A stretch of 64,000 nt of DNA from an uncultured Rivularia sp. (GTDB taxonomy: Bacteria; Cyanobacteriota; Cyanobacteriia; Cyanobacteriales; Nostocaceae), in NCBI GenBank assembly GCA_963665115.1, contig OY762007.1, positions 1,856,001-1,920,000 on the forward strand. The letters run 5' to 3'. Position numbers and translations under genes: made by a program. The notes below the pieces were generated by a model. It was not told the origin of the DNA. It saw nothing but the letters and a program-made list of their open reading frames with translations, and ran no database searches. How positions within the stretch are numbered: the stretch's first letter is position 1; the number at the start of each line of letters is the position of its first letter. Positions 13,723 to 24,509 of the stretch are shown one piece after another.

Positions 13723-16700
13723 ATGCAGTCACTTTACAGGGTTAGTGCATCGGATTTACAAAGATTTTTAGAGACAGCCGAAGAATTACTGAGAGAATCG
13801 GAGCAAATACAGATTGCTGTTGCAACTTTTCCTGAAACTCCCCGCAGTCTTTTAGCAGTTTTAGTTAATAGCGATTATTCCGCAGTTGTGGAAGCTGCTA
13901 GTTTACACGTTAATTTTGCAGGTGAGATTGCAGGGGATTATCGAGAAATTGTTGCGGAAGTACTGCGGAATCGGGATTTAGGGCAAAATGACAGATTAGC
14001 GGTGGAGTTGATACAATTTGCTCCGGTAGCTCCTGGTTTTTTGAGTGAATGGGTTCCCGCAAGGAGGTTAGTTGAAGGATTGCAGAATGAATATATGCCG
14101 TTGCGGTATCGGTTGCAGTTATTGGAAAGGTTGGCAGTTAGCGAGAAATTAGAAGCACGTTTAGTAGTTGCGGAATCTTCCGAAACTCCGGTTTCGTTAT
14201 TGGAATTGTTAGCGGGAGATTTGGAATTAGCGGTACGTTTGACGGTGGAGTCTAATGATAATTGTCCGTCGGAAGTAGTTGAATTGGTGAAAAGTCAGCA
14301 CGATTTGGCTGGTAATTGGGATGCTGAAGTTGAGCAGTTGAGGGAATTGGGGAATAGTCGTTGGAGTTGGATAAGGTTGACGGTTGCTCAAAATCCCTTT
14401 GCTCCGGAAGATGTTTTGATGAAGTTGGCAACGGATAAGTTATTTAGGGTACGGTTGGGTGTTGGGAAGAATCCGAATAGTACTTCTAGAGTTTTGGCTG
14501 TTTTAGCGGAAGAATCGCTCAGGTTGATGCAGGTTGCTGTTGTGGAGCATCCTAATATTGGGGAAGAGACATTACATCAGTTGTTTGCTGGTTATAAATC
14601 TGAAATTGAAAAACGGAATGATTTACCAGTTAGTATTTTGGAGCGGTTTTATCGGGAAGAAGCATGGAGAAAACCTTGGGAATATTCCCCAATTTGGCAT
14701 TTGCTATTAAATCAGTCGAATACACCGACATGGATCTTAGCTGAGTTAGCAAATGTTGATTTGGAAGAAGTGAGAGCAGATATAATTGCAACTCATAGTG
14801 AGGTAGACTTAAAAACTTTAAACAAAAAGATTAGTTATGAAATTAAGTATTTAGAAAATATTGCCAAACATCCCCAGGTTTCAACAGAAATTCTCGAAAG
14901 ATTGGTTGATTATCCAAATATTAAATTAAAGTTAGCTGTAGCTCGTAATGAAAAAATCCCCAACACATTACGAATGCGTTTATTAGAAGAATTGCTAAAT
15001 AATAGAGAACAAGACATTATTGAGGTAATTGCTAAAGATTTCAACACTCCTGTAGCAATTTTAGAGCAAATCGCTGATAAATTGTCTCCATCAAATCAAA
15101 TGAGCAAGACGTTAACTAAGTTTATGCGTGCTTCTTCAAAGAATAGGTTTAATGAGAATGAATTAGAAAACTTATTGAATAAAATTCGAGATTTTATTGC
15201 GACTTATCAATCTCCAGAACTTATATTATTTTGGTTACAACAAGATCCTGGGTTGAGTAAACCTATCTTAGAAGATTGGAATCAATTACTTGTCTCTCTT
15301 AATGACTCAGAAATTCAAGCTTTACAGGAGCTAGCTAAAATTTTGAGTGGATTTGGTTTTGTAGGAGGTTTCTCACAGAAAGATAGGGGATGGTTGGGTT
15401 CGGAACTTTTTAAACCCGATGGTACATTTACCCCGAATTATATTCTTTATGGGCTTTTGATATATATTAAACCTGCTTTTGTAGGCGATCGCCAACATCG
15501 AGCAATTGCTGCGAGTTTGATTCGTAATCCCAACATTCCTTTGTGGCTAAGAGAAACTTTGGTAAATCAATTTACTGAACCTCCAGATAGTGAAGGACAT
15601 TATAAATACGATTCCGATATACGTTTGGCTTTAGCTAGCAACCCACAAATTTCAGAAGCAGAACGAATTAATTATCTTCAAGAAATTATTTCAAAGAATC
15701 CAGATTACGCTCGGAGAATCGCAAAAGATGCTCAAACTCCAGCCAATGTCTTAGAACAATTATTGGAAAGAGGAAACTGTAAAGAAGAAATTGCTAGGAA
15801 TTCTGCAACTCCTGAATATCTTCTTAGAAGAATAGCAGACGAACACAAATATTGGGAAGTTCTTGCAAGAAATCCGAATACTCCTGTTGATTTACTTTTT
15901 CGATTTATTCGTGAAAAATTGAATAAAGAATCTTACAGCAATAATGTATCAATGTCTTTCTGGGTTTTGGAAAATCGCGGTTTATCTGTTTTACAACGCT
16001 ATCGGTTGTTACTTGAGAAAGAAAACGTCGAATTTACAGTTAAAGCACATAAATTAATTGTAGAGCGAACTAATAATTACGATATTTTAGAGCGAATTGT
16101 AGAAACAGGAGAGCAAGAAGCCAAAGTTATTATTGCACGTAAACATGAAACTCCGATTACTATTCTCGAAAGGCTAGTGAAAGACTCAGATGAAATTCGT
16201 AAAGCTGTAGTTAGGAATCCAAATTGTCCTTCACATTGTTTGATGGAATTAGCTCAAAACTCTACACAAGATATTCAGTACCTAATCGCGTCTCGAAATT
16301 ATTCAACTCCCAGAGATGTTTTATTGAAGCTTTTGGAAAGTAAAAATACATCAATATTTGCTGGAATGGCTGGAAATATACACACTCCTTCGGATATTCT
16401 TGCATCTTTAGCGGAAAACGAACAACGGGATATCCGAATTAAAGCTTTGTCAAATGCGAATATTCCCAGGGAAGTTTTATCGGAAGCTTTATTAGATGAA
16501 GCGAATCACAAAGATATTACTAACATTCTTCGTAGAAAAGCAGATTATAGAGAAAGTATATCTGTTGTTGCTTTGGAATGGTTAGTAGAAAATAGTTCTG
16601 AATCAAGTTTTCTACGTGCAATAGCACGAAATCCAAATATTACTCCCGATATTTTGACAAATTTATCAGTGAACGAATCATCAGAGGTTCGAGAAACTGT

Positions 16701-17295
16701 AGCAAGTCAACAAAATTGTCCATCGGAAGTCTTAGAAACCCTTGCTTTTGACTCTGCTGTAGAAGTCAAACAAAAAGTAGCTACTAATCAAAATACTCCA
16801 AATTACATTTTAGAAAATTTTGCTCAAAGCGAAGATTCTACAATTCGTACAGCAGTAGCTTCTAATCCCAACCTTTCACCAACAACTTTAGAACAACTCG
16901 CTAACGATGAAAAAGTAGAAGTACGTCGAGAAGTTGCTTGTAATCCTAATACTCCCGAAATTATCCGCCAAAGTTTACAGTATTTGATTTCACCACCTCA
17001 AACCCCAGACATCACCCCAACTCTTCAAAGTCTTTCCCGAATTTACAACCCCGACACCGACGACTTACTAATCCTACTAGCAGAATACGCTCAATCAAAT
17101 AACGGTTTCGTCAGATTCATAACTCTACTTCATCCCGTCACACCAGGGGAAACATTAATTCAAGCTGCAAATTCCGCTTCTTGGTTAGAAAGATATGCAG
17201 TTGCAGAAAACGAATCGACATCTTCAGAAATTCGTTCAAGACTTGCTCGCGATGGGAATCGGATTGTTAGAGCAGCAGCGAATAATAATTTATAA
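13723..17295 (+). CDS. Large leucine-rich-variant (LRV)/HEAT-like repeat protein
   Basis: 1190 aa with many VRxAVAxNPNTPxxxLxxLA repeats; no catalytic domain recognised. Confidence 0.85.
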   Translation: MQSLYRVSASDLQRFLETAEELLRESEQIQIAVATFPETPRSLLAVLVNSDYSAVVEAASLHVNFAGEIAGDYREIVAEVLRNRDLGQNDRLAVELIQFAPVAPGFLSEWVPARRLVEGLQNEYMPLRYRLQLLERLAVSEKLEARLVVAESSETPVSLLELLAGDLELAVRLTVESNDNCPSEVVELVKSQHDLAGNWDAEVEQLRELGNSRWSWIRLTVAQNPFAPEDVLMKLATDKLFRVRLGVGKNPNSTSRVLAVLAEESLRLMQVAVVEHPNIGEETLHQLFAGYKSEIEKRNDLPVSILERFYREEAWRKPWEYSPIWHLLLNQSNTPTWILAELANVDLEEVRADIIATHSEVDLKTLNKKISYEIKYLENIAKHPQVSTEILERLVDYPNIKLKLAVARNEKIPNTLRMRLLEELLNNREQDIIEVIAKDFNTPVAILEQIADKLSPSNQMSKTLTKFMRASSKNRFNENELENLLNKIRDFIATYQSPELILFWLQQDPGLSKPILEDWNQLLVSLNDSEIQALQELAKILSGFGFVGGFSQKDRGWLGSELFKPDGTFTPNYILYGLLIYIKPAFVGDRQHRAIAASLIRNPNIPLWLRETLVNQFTEPPDSEGHYKYDSDIRLALASNPQISEAERINYLQEIISKNPDYARRIAKDAQTPANVLEQLLERGNCKEEIARNSATPEYLLRRIADEHKYWEVLARNPNTPVDLLFRFIREKLNKESYSNNVSMSFWVLENRGLSVLQRYRLLLEKENVEFTVKAHKLIVERTNNYDILERIVETGEQEAKVIIARKHETPITILERLVKDSDEIRKAVVRNPNCPSHCLMELAQNSTQDIQYLIASRNYSTPRDVLLKLLESKNTSIFAGMAGNIHTPSDILASLAENEQRDIRIKALSNANIPREVLSEALLDEANHKDITNILRRKADYRESISVVALEWLVENSSESSFLRAIARNPNITPDILTNLSVNESSEVRETVASQQNCPSEVLETLAFDSAVEVKQKVATNQNTPNYILENFAQSEDSTIRTAVASNPNLSPTTLEQLANDEKVEVRREVACNPNTPEIIRQSLQYLISPPQTPDITPTLQSLSRIYNPDTDDLLILLAEYAQSNNGFVRFITLLHPVTPGETLIQAANSASWLERYAVAENESTSSEIRSRLARDGNRIVRAAANNNL

Positions 17296-17364
17296 AAAAA
17301 CTCCGCGCTCCTCCGCGTTTAGCTTTGTGTCCCTCCGCGTTTAAAATATAATCTGAATATTCAC

Positions 17365-18375
17365 ATGAACCCTTCAACAACCCAAATCCTCGCAACCCTC
17401 GAAGTTTTATTACAAGAAGAAATGGAATGCATTCTTCCTTATAATCACACATCGGAATGGCAACCTTTTTACTGGGAATCTTCTGTAAAAGGAGAATTTA
17501 ATTCAATATCCCTACTTTACTCCCAAGGTTGGATGAGAAACACAGATATTGAAATTGCTATCAATAATTGGCAGGAAATAGAAAAAAATGGTATTCCCAC
17601 ACCGGAAGAATATAACGATTATGCTGATGGGATTTTAGAAGAGGAAGAAGAATATGAATTTGAAGGATTTGAAGAATACGAAGAAGAAATAGTAGATAGA
17701 AAATCTCCAGCATTCCAACAACGTAAAAAGATTTACCAACAACTATCTCAACTCTTAAAATCCAACTTACAAAATTTACAAGTATATCAATTTAGTTCTT
17801 CGATAGAATATTCCTGCTTTGCTATTGTCGGACAACTCGATAATAAAAACTGGATTAGCATCACCTCTACCGTACCTCAAGAAACTCCAGATTTAAGCCA
17901 TATTTTAGTTGTTAAAAATAATGTAGAAATATTGCCAGATAAACCAAACTCTGAATTTGAATTCCAAATTCATCAAATTCTAAAATCTTTAAAATCAATT
18001 TTAATCTACGGACATTATTACGGTGGTTACGACCATACTTATCTCCATAAAATTATTTATCAAACTGCCTCCACAAAACAAACAGCACTACAAAATGCTT
18101 TAATTAAATCTGGATTTCTTCAAATCGGTAAATTCCAATGTTTTTATCCAGACGAACGAGAATATCTTTTTCAAAGCTTCAGTACCGATGAAGAAGGAAA
18201 AGAACTATATCAAAAATATCAACATTTGAACTCGTTTCTCAAAGCCAAATGTCCAGAATCAACGATGTTTACTTTCCGCTTTTGGGACTATACACAGATA
18301 TTCATCGTTGGTGAATCCACAGAAAACGACCGAGTTGGGTTAAAACTCACCAGCGAATTTGATTACAATCCTTGA
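17365..18375 (+). CDS. Acidic protein with two nuclease A inhibitor (NuiA)-like segments
   Basis: SEWQPFYWE and YQQLSQLLKSNLQNLQVYQF...AIVGQ resemble NuiA; second segment YQHLNSFLK...IFIVGESTENDRVGLK. Confidence 0.6.
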   Translation: MNPSTTQILATLEVLLQEEMECILPYNHTSEWQPFYWESSVKGEFNSISLLYSQGWMRNTDIEIAINNWQEIEKNGIPTPEEYNDYADGILEEEEEYEFEGFEEYEEEIVDRKSPAFQQRKKIYQQLSQLLKSNLQNLQVYQFSSSIEYSCFAIVGQLDNKNWISITSTVPQETPDLSHILVVKNNVEILPDKPNSEFEFQIHQILKSLKSILIYGHYYGGYDHTYLHKIIYQTASTKQTALQNALIKSGFLQIGKFQCFYPDEREYLFQSFSTDEEGKELYQKYQHLNSFLKAKCPESTMFTFRFWDYTQIFIVGESTENDRVGLKLTSEFDYNP

Positions 18376-18881
18376 TTATCTCAAGAATTTCAATTCGGTC
18401 ATAGTTTGTCAATGGTGCGTGACGCAATGTAACAATTCCAATCACCCAGAAAATTTATCGAAGCCTCACATACCTTACAATTACCGATTACCCATTTCAA
18501 AACCAATTCCTTGCCTTGAAAGCCTTTTACCATTTATTCTATATATATGACATTAATCAAATCTTAAGAATAGGGTAAAGTATAAAAAACAATGCGTATA
18601 TCAATCACTTCCTGCAAATACAAAAATGCTTTGCTTATCCGTATTCTCTTAAAAAGTTATATAAATCGAGATATGTAAAACTATTTAATAATGCTCTATT
18701 TATATTGAGAGCCTACCTTTAACAAGACATTTGTATTATTTTTGCTCAATTAAAATTAATTTTAATTTATAGTTTCTCGTATATCTTTATTACCACAATA
18801 TATACCAAACGACTATAGATAAAAAATAATACACTGGCTAGAAAATAACTATAACTAAACTTTACCTAAAAAGCAAATCTT

Positions 18882-19217
18882 GTGTTAGAAGCTTTTATCC
18901 TCGCAACAGTGTTATGCGGATTTTTCGGCATCATCTTTAAGAAAAATCTGGTGATGAAAATCGTTTCAATGGACGTGATGAGTACTGGGGTGATTGCTTA
19001 TTATGTGGCGATCGCCTCTCGGAATGGTTTATTTACGCCAATTTATTCGGGAGTTGAAAACCGTACTTATGCAGATCCAGTTCCCCAAGCGGTGATTCTA
19101 ACGGCTATTGTTATTGGCTTTTCAATCCAAGCCTTGATGTTGGTTGGTGTGATGAAGTTGGCTCGGGATAATCCCACTTTGGAAAGTAATGAGATTGAAA
19201 AGAATAATACACCATGA
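18882..19217 (+). CDS. mrpC: Mrp Na+/H+ antiporter subunit C
   Basis: DPVPQAVILTAIVIG motif. Confidence 0.92.
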   Translation: MLEAFILATVLCGFFGIIFKKNLVMKIVSMDVMSTGVIAYYVAIASRNGLFTPIYSGVENRTYADPVPQAVILTAIVIGFSIQALMLVGVMKLARDNPTLESNEIEKNNTP

Positions 19218-20659
19218 ACACCATTACCATCGTTTGGGCAACTCTACCGTTTTTTTTAGGATTCACTATTTATCTTATTCCCAAACTTGACCGCTATTTG
19301 GCATTGTTGGGGACAATTGCTTCCTTTGTATATGCATTAATACTATTTATCCAACAGTCGCCGTTAACGTTGGAATTAGTTGATAATTTTGGCGTAACTT
19401 TGTACGTCGATGAATTAAGCGGTTACTTTATATTAACTAATGCTTTGGTGACGGCTGCCGTTATCTTATATTGTTGGCGCAGCGATAAATCGGCTTTTTT
19501 CTACACTCAAGCTATTATCGTGCATGGCAGTGTTAATGCGGCGTTTGCCTGTACGGATTTTATCAGTTTATATGTGGCTTTGGAAGTCAGCGGCATTGCA
19601 GCATTTTTGTTAGTTGCCTATCCTCGCACAGATCGTTCGATTTGGGTGGCTTTACGCTATCTGTTTATCAGCAATACGGCGATGCTGTTTTATTTGATTG
19701 GTGCCGTGTTGGTATATCAAGCTACTCATTCCTTTACTTATGCTGGTTTACGGCAAGCACCTCCGGAAGCATTGGCTATGATTTTTGTCGGGCTTTTGGT
19801 GAAAGGAGGGGTTTTTGTTTCGGGATTGTGGCTACCTTTGACTCATTCGGAATCCGAGACTCCGGTTTCGGCTTTGCTATCGGGGGTGGTTGTCAAAGCT
19901 GGGATTTATCCGATGGTGAGGTGTGCGTTAATTGTTGAAGAAATAGATCCGATTGTGAGGAGTTTCGGACTTGCAACTGCTTTTCTAGGAATTATCTATG
20001 CTTTGTGTGAAAACGACACCAAGCGGATCTTAGCTTCAAGTACGATTTCCCAATTGGGTTGGATTCTTGCTGCACCTTTATATGGAGGATACTACGCTTT
20101 AGCGCACGGTTTAGCAAAATCGGCGCTGTTTTTGACTGCTGGTAATTTACCCAGTCGTAGCATCAAGGAATTGCAAAATAAACCGATTCGCACTTCTACT
20201 TGGATTGTTTTAGTTATAGCGAGTCTTTCAATCTCGGGTTTTCCCTTATTGACGGGGTTTGGTGCCAAAACTTTGACAATGAAGGGTTTGTTGCCTTGGC
20301 AAGAAATCGCTATGAACGTTGCCGTTGTCGGAACAGTAATAGTATATGCCAAATTTATCTTTCTTCCTCATGGGGAAGGAGAAAAACCAAAGCCCGGTTT
20401 TTGGGCTGCGATCGTACTTTTACTCGGTTGGTTGGTAACGGCTAATGTGCTTTATCCCCAAGCTTATAACCCCTATGATATCGGCAAAGCTCTTGTAACT
20501 ATAGCTGGGGGTTGGTTGCTGTATTGGTTGATATTCAAACGTATCGCTTTGAAATTACCCCACGTACTTGAAGAATTCGAGCATCTGATTGGTGTAATGA
20601 GTCTTGTTGCAATTTTATTATTTTGGATGGCATTTTCATGGTTGGGAATCTCATATTAA
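19214..20659 (+). CDS. mrpD: Mrp antiporter subunit D
   Basis: Proton-antiporter membrane fold: LYVALE, WLPLTH, PVSALLSGVVVK, STISQLG, HGLAK. Confidence 0.9.
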   Translation: MNTITIVWATLPFFLGFTIYLIPKLDRYLALLGTIASFVYALILFIQQSPLTLELVDNFGVTLYVDELSGYFILTNALVTAAVILYCWRSDKSAFFYTQAIIVHGSVNAAFACTDFISLYVALEVSGIAAFLLVAYPRTDRSIWVALRYLFISNTAMLFYLIGAVLVYQATHSFTYAGLRQAPPEALAMIFVGLLVKGGVFVSGLWLPLTHSESETPVSALLSGVVVKAGIYPMVRCALIVEEIDPIVRSFGLATAFLGIIYALCENDTKRILASSTISQLGWILAAPLYGGYYALAHGLAKSALFLTAGNLPSRSIKELQNKPIRTSTWIVLVIASLSISGFPLLTGFGAKTLTMKGLLPWQEIAMNVAVVGTVIVYAKFIFLPHGEGEKPKPGFWAAIVLLLGWLVTANVLYPQAYNPYDIGKALVTIAGGWLLYWLIFKRIALKLPHVLEEFEHLIGVMSLVAILLFWMAFSWLGISY

Positions 20660-21018
20660 GACTTACTATCTGGTTTTTGCTCACATCCGATTTGAGCGTA
20701 GAGAATATTATCATCGGTGTAATTGTTGCTTTTGCTTTACCTCGTGGTTATGCATCGAAAGAAGTATTAAAAGATTGGTTGACAGTGTTGGGTAAAATTC
20801 TCTTGGCAATTCCCCAAGCTTATATTGAAGCCTTTGAAATTATTATTCGTCCCCATCAACATGAAGATGTAATTTTAGAAGAGATTCCACCAAATCGTTC
20901 TGCCAGACTAATATTTTTAGATATTTTCTTAATTACTTTTACACCCAAGACAATCGTTTATAAATATCGAGATGGTTGGTATGAAGTACATCGAGTGCTA
21001 CCTAAAAGGTCAAAATAA
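20638..21018 (+). CDS. mrpE: Mrp antiporter subunit E
   Basis: ITFTPKT motif and operon position; ATG at 20638 preferred. Confidence 0.85.
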   Translation: MVGNLILRLTIWFLLTSDLSVENIIIGVIVAFALPRGYASKEVLKDWLTVLGKILLAIPQAYIEAFEIIIRPHQHEDVILEEIPPNRSARLIFLDIFLITFTPKTIVYKYRDGWYEVHRVLPKRSK

Positions 21019-21290
21019 TGAATACAAATATAAATCTAAATCTGATAATTTTATTCGCCATGCTTCTGGCTTTGTTAATACCCATTTACGAAGCTTGGAA
21101 AGATGAAAATATCTGGCAGACAATGTTGGCATTCGCCAGTATTTCCACCAAAACAGCCATTATCGCTTTGGTGGTATCCGTAATCCGCGACGATTGGATG
21201 ATTGGGGTAGTTTCAGTAATTATTCTCAGCGTAGGTGATGCCGGAATAATGTTGTTAGCACATATACTCAAAAGGTTAAGGGAAACATGA
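21018..21290 (+). CDS. mrpF: Mrp antiporter subunit F
   Basis: 90 aa, three hydrophobic segments, between mrpE and mrpG. Confidence 0.75.
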   Translation: MNTNINLNLIILFAMLLALLIPIYEAWKDENIWQTMLAFASISTKTAIIALVVSVIRDDWMIGVVSVIILSVGDAGIMLLAHILKRLRET

Positions 21291-21574
21291 TTAATATAGT
21301 TAGCTATTTCTTTATTGGTATAGGCATTTTTTTTTGGTTTTGGGGTACCTTTCCTTTGATGGGGAAACGCTCCGTCTTATTTAAATTACACAGTCTTTCT
21401 GTAGCAGATACTCTGGGTTCAATAGCCATTGTCTTCGGATTGCTGTTAAAAAGACCATCAGAATGGCCGTTGCTTCTCCTTGCTATCATCACCTTAGCAA
21501 TTTGGAACACCATGCTCGGTTACGTTTTAGCTTACTGTTCCGGTGAGGGAGATAGCAATGAACCACAATCTTGA
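21287..21574 (+). CDS. mrpG: Mrp antiporter subunit G
   Basis: KLHSLSVADTLG motif. Confidence 0.88.
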   Translation: MINIVSYFFIGIGIFFWFWGTFPLMGKRSVLFKLHSLSVADTLGSIAIVFGLLLKRPSEWPLLLLAIITLAIWNTMLGYVLAYCSGEGDSNEPQS

Positions 21575-22139
21575 CATTTATCTTTATATTATTGTCGCTT
21601 TACTACCTTTAACCTCCTGCTTAGTAGTACTTCAAGTTAATCCCTACCATGCTTTAGCGTTAAGGGGAATATTAGGTACGATCGCCGCTTTGGTTTATGC
21701 GGTTTTGGGTGCTGCGGATGTGGCTTTAACTGAAGCTTTGATGGGTACTTTATTAGCAATTACCCTGTATGCGGTAGCAGTGCGATCGTCCTTAGTTTTG
21801 CGTGTAGGGATGTTGGCAGATGCAGCCCATCATCTCCAAGAAGAACCCGCTTTTATCGAATTAACCGCTGACTTGCGAAAAGTTTTAAACAAGCGTCATA
21901 TGCGATTGGAATTAGTACCTTATAACGATATTCATGCTTTACAAAGAGCCTTAACTGAAAAAGAAATTCATGCAACCTGTACCCATCATTCAGATACAGA
22001 CATACCATTACGAACCACTATTCGCATTCCGCGCATCTACGACATTATGCAAACCGAACTTACATCCCCTCAAACGGTTTTGAATTACGCAACAGCAATA
22101 GATGCTAATTTACCTAAATTGAAGGAGCAGCAGTTATGA
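21558..22139 (+). CDS. DUF4040 / MrpB-N-terminal-like subunit
   Basis: GAADVALTEA motif. Confidence 0.82.
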   Translation: MNHNLDIYLYIIVALLPLTSCLVVLQVNPYHALALRGILGTIAALVYAVLGAADVALTEALMGTLLAITLYAVAVRSSLVLRVGMLADAAHHLQEEPAFIELTADLRKVLNKRHMRLELVPYNDIHALQRALTEKEIHATCTHHSDTDIPLRTTIRIPRIYDIMQTELTSPQTVLNYATAIDANLPKLKEQQL

Positions 22140-22795
22140 GATGGATATATATAGTTGCTGGAATGGCGCTATTTGTAAAAATGTTGCTCGTAGCCAATCC
22201 AGAAGGAGAGTTATCAATATCGATTGTGCAAGCAGTCGTAGCTGATAGCGGAGTACCCAATGCAGTATCCGGAATCATCTTTCGCAATCGGCTTTACGAC
22301 ACCATTTTTGAAGTCGTCGTATTTACAATTGCCATCATGGGAGCCACCTATATGTTGGCAAACGAAAGACCATTTTGTACAATTTATCATTTTAGCGATC
22401 GCCCTTCGATAATATTAGCTCGATTGGGAGCCACAATTGCAGCTTTAGTAGGTATCGAACTAGCAATTCGCGGACACCTCAGTCCAGGTGGTGGTTTTGC
22501 CGCCGGAGTCGCTGGAGGTACTGCAATCGGCTTGGTTGCCATTACCTCATCACCAGAATGGATGCAGTCACTTTATACAAAATGGCACGCTTCAAAATGG
22601 GAGAAAATTTCGGTATTGATTTTTATCGTATTGTCTGTAATTAAACTATCTGGATTTGAATTACCACTGGGTGAATTAGGTACCTTTTTTAGCGGTGGAA
22701 CTTTACCCTTATTGAATTTTTTAGTTGCAATTAAAGTTGCATTGGGTTCTTGGGCAGTGCTTTTAACCTTTATTCATTATCGAGGGATATTGTGA
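22136..22795 (+). CDS. mrpB: Mrp antiporter subunit B
   Basis: NRLYDTIFE and GHLSPGGGFAAG motifs. Confidence 0.9.
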   Translation: MRWIYIVAGMALFVKMLLVANPEGELSISIVQAVVADSGVPNAVSGIIFRNRLYDTIFEVVVFTIAIMGATYMLANERPFCTIYHFSDRPSIILARLGATIAALVGIELAIRGHLSPGGGFAAGVAGGTAIGLVAITSSPEWMQSLYTKWHASKWEKISVLIFIVLSVIKLSGFELPLGELGTFFSGGTLPLLNFLVAIKVALGSWAVLLTFIHYRGIL

Positions 22796-23193
22796 ATTGG
22801 GGATTGGGCATAGGGCATTGGTAATTGGTAATTGGTAATAGAGAAACGGGCAAGGATGCCCCGCAGTCGCTACAAATCTGGGAACCAGAGCAACGCGCTG
22901 CTCTCCATCCCACAAGAGATTGAGAGTTTTTTGTCGGGTGTGTGACGCTTCGTCGATCAATTTGAAATGTAGTTACAATTCTCTAGCGTCACGCACCATG
23001 TTTTATAAATCCTCTCCACTTCTTCCCTCTGCGTACTTTGCGTCTAGTAAGGTTTTTTTCAACAATCTTCTTCACCAACAAGCAAAAATAGGTTCGTAGT
23101 AGCGCTTCAGCGCATCCGATAATAGGCGCTTTTAACGCAGTTTCCTCGTTAGCGTAGCGTCTCCGAAGGAGAAACAGTAGCGCTACTACAAAC
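22796..23193. repeat. Cluster of STRR heptamers, REP-like palindromes and nested short dispersed repeats
   Basis: GGGCATT/GGTAATT tracts 22797-22839; interrupted element 22846-22918; palindromes 22933-22997 and 23091-23193. Confidence 0.75.
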
Positions 23194-23314
23194 TTTATAC
23201 AAATAATTATCTGCATATTTTTATTTTCATTTGGGGAATCATAAGTTTAATAATCAAACTTTTGACAATCCACAAAATAATAGTATATTAGTACTATGCA
23301 AGAATTTAAGAATT

Positions 23315-23818
23315 ATGCAGCTACTTCAAATCAGTACAGGGGATTTACAAAGATTTTTGGATGCTCCGGAATTGTTGGGGGAATCAGAGGAAATGCAGAT
23401 TGCGATCGCAACTTTCCCCTAAACTCCCCGCAGTCTTTTAGCGGTTTTAGTTAACAGCGATTATTCCTCGGTTGCGGAATCTTCGGAAACTCGGGTTTAA
23501 TTGTTGGAATTGTTAGCTGGGGATTTGCACTTAGCGGTACGGTTAGCCGTGGAATATAACCAAAATTGTCTGTCGGAGTTGGTTGAGTTGGTGAAGAGTC
23601 AGCACGATTTGGTAAGTAATTGGAATGCGGATGTTGAGCAGTTGATGGAATTGGGGGAGAGTCGTTGGGGTTGGGTGAGGTTAGCTGTTGCTCAGAATCC
23701 ATATACACCCGTACAAACTTTAAAGCTTTTATCAGAACAAATAAAAATTATAAATATTCTCCAACCCACGAAGGTGGGTTTCCCCTGTGTAGCCGCGATT
23801 TCAATCGCCAGGTTCTAA
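23315..23818 (+). pseudogene. Collapsed paralog of the LRV-repeat gene at 13723
   Basis: Aligns to its N-terminus; TAA at 23420 and 23498; in-frame 282-nt deletion; rest lost after AQNP. Confidence 0.9.
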
Positions 23819-23851
23819 TTCCAGATATTATATCAACCTAAACCCAAAACA

Positions 23852-24247
23852 ATGAACCCCTCAACAATTAAACTCCTCGCAACTCTTGAGATTCTCAACT
23901 CAGGTAAAACCTTCTTTTGGGATGCAACCCAAGATGAATTCAACCTCTGGAACTTAATGATTCATGAGGGTTTTGTCAACCCCACAGATATAGAATTTGT
24001 ATTTGAACATTGGAAAAACATCGAAACTTGGGGAACACCAACTAACCCAATTGACTACAGATACGCTCCACCCCGCTCGGAAAGAGATGATGATGATTGG
24101 AATGAAGAAATAGAAAATCAACGCAAAAATTATTATCAACAATTACAAAAATTAATTACTGATAATGCGAAAAATATCGAAGCATACAACCTTGATGTGC
24201 CTGTATCACTTGATAGTAGTTTTACCTTTTACGATAGTAATCCTTAA
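23852..24247 (+). pseudogene. Shortened paralog of the NuiA-like gene at 17365
   Basis: MNPSTIKLLATLEIL vs MNPSTTQILATLEVL; RKNYYQQL vs RKKIYQQL; ends YDSNP vs FDYNP; 131 vs 336 aa. Confidence 0.75.
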
Positions 24248-24509
24248 AATAGCTATCTAAAAATTTTAATTAATTATAATTATCTCAAAATAACAAATTT
24301 TATCCAACAACAACCACAGTTTTTCAAGACGTAGCAGTGCGAAGTCTCTACACCCAATTGCGTAATTACACCCTTATACCGTCAAAATCGAAGTTTATAT
24401 AATATTAATATAAAACACTAATTTATTTGTTCGTAGTAAGGGATTTATCCTTTATCTCCACGTCTAAATTCTTATTTATCTAATCTATATAAAACCAAAT
24501 TTAATAACC

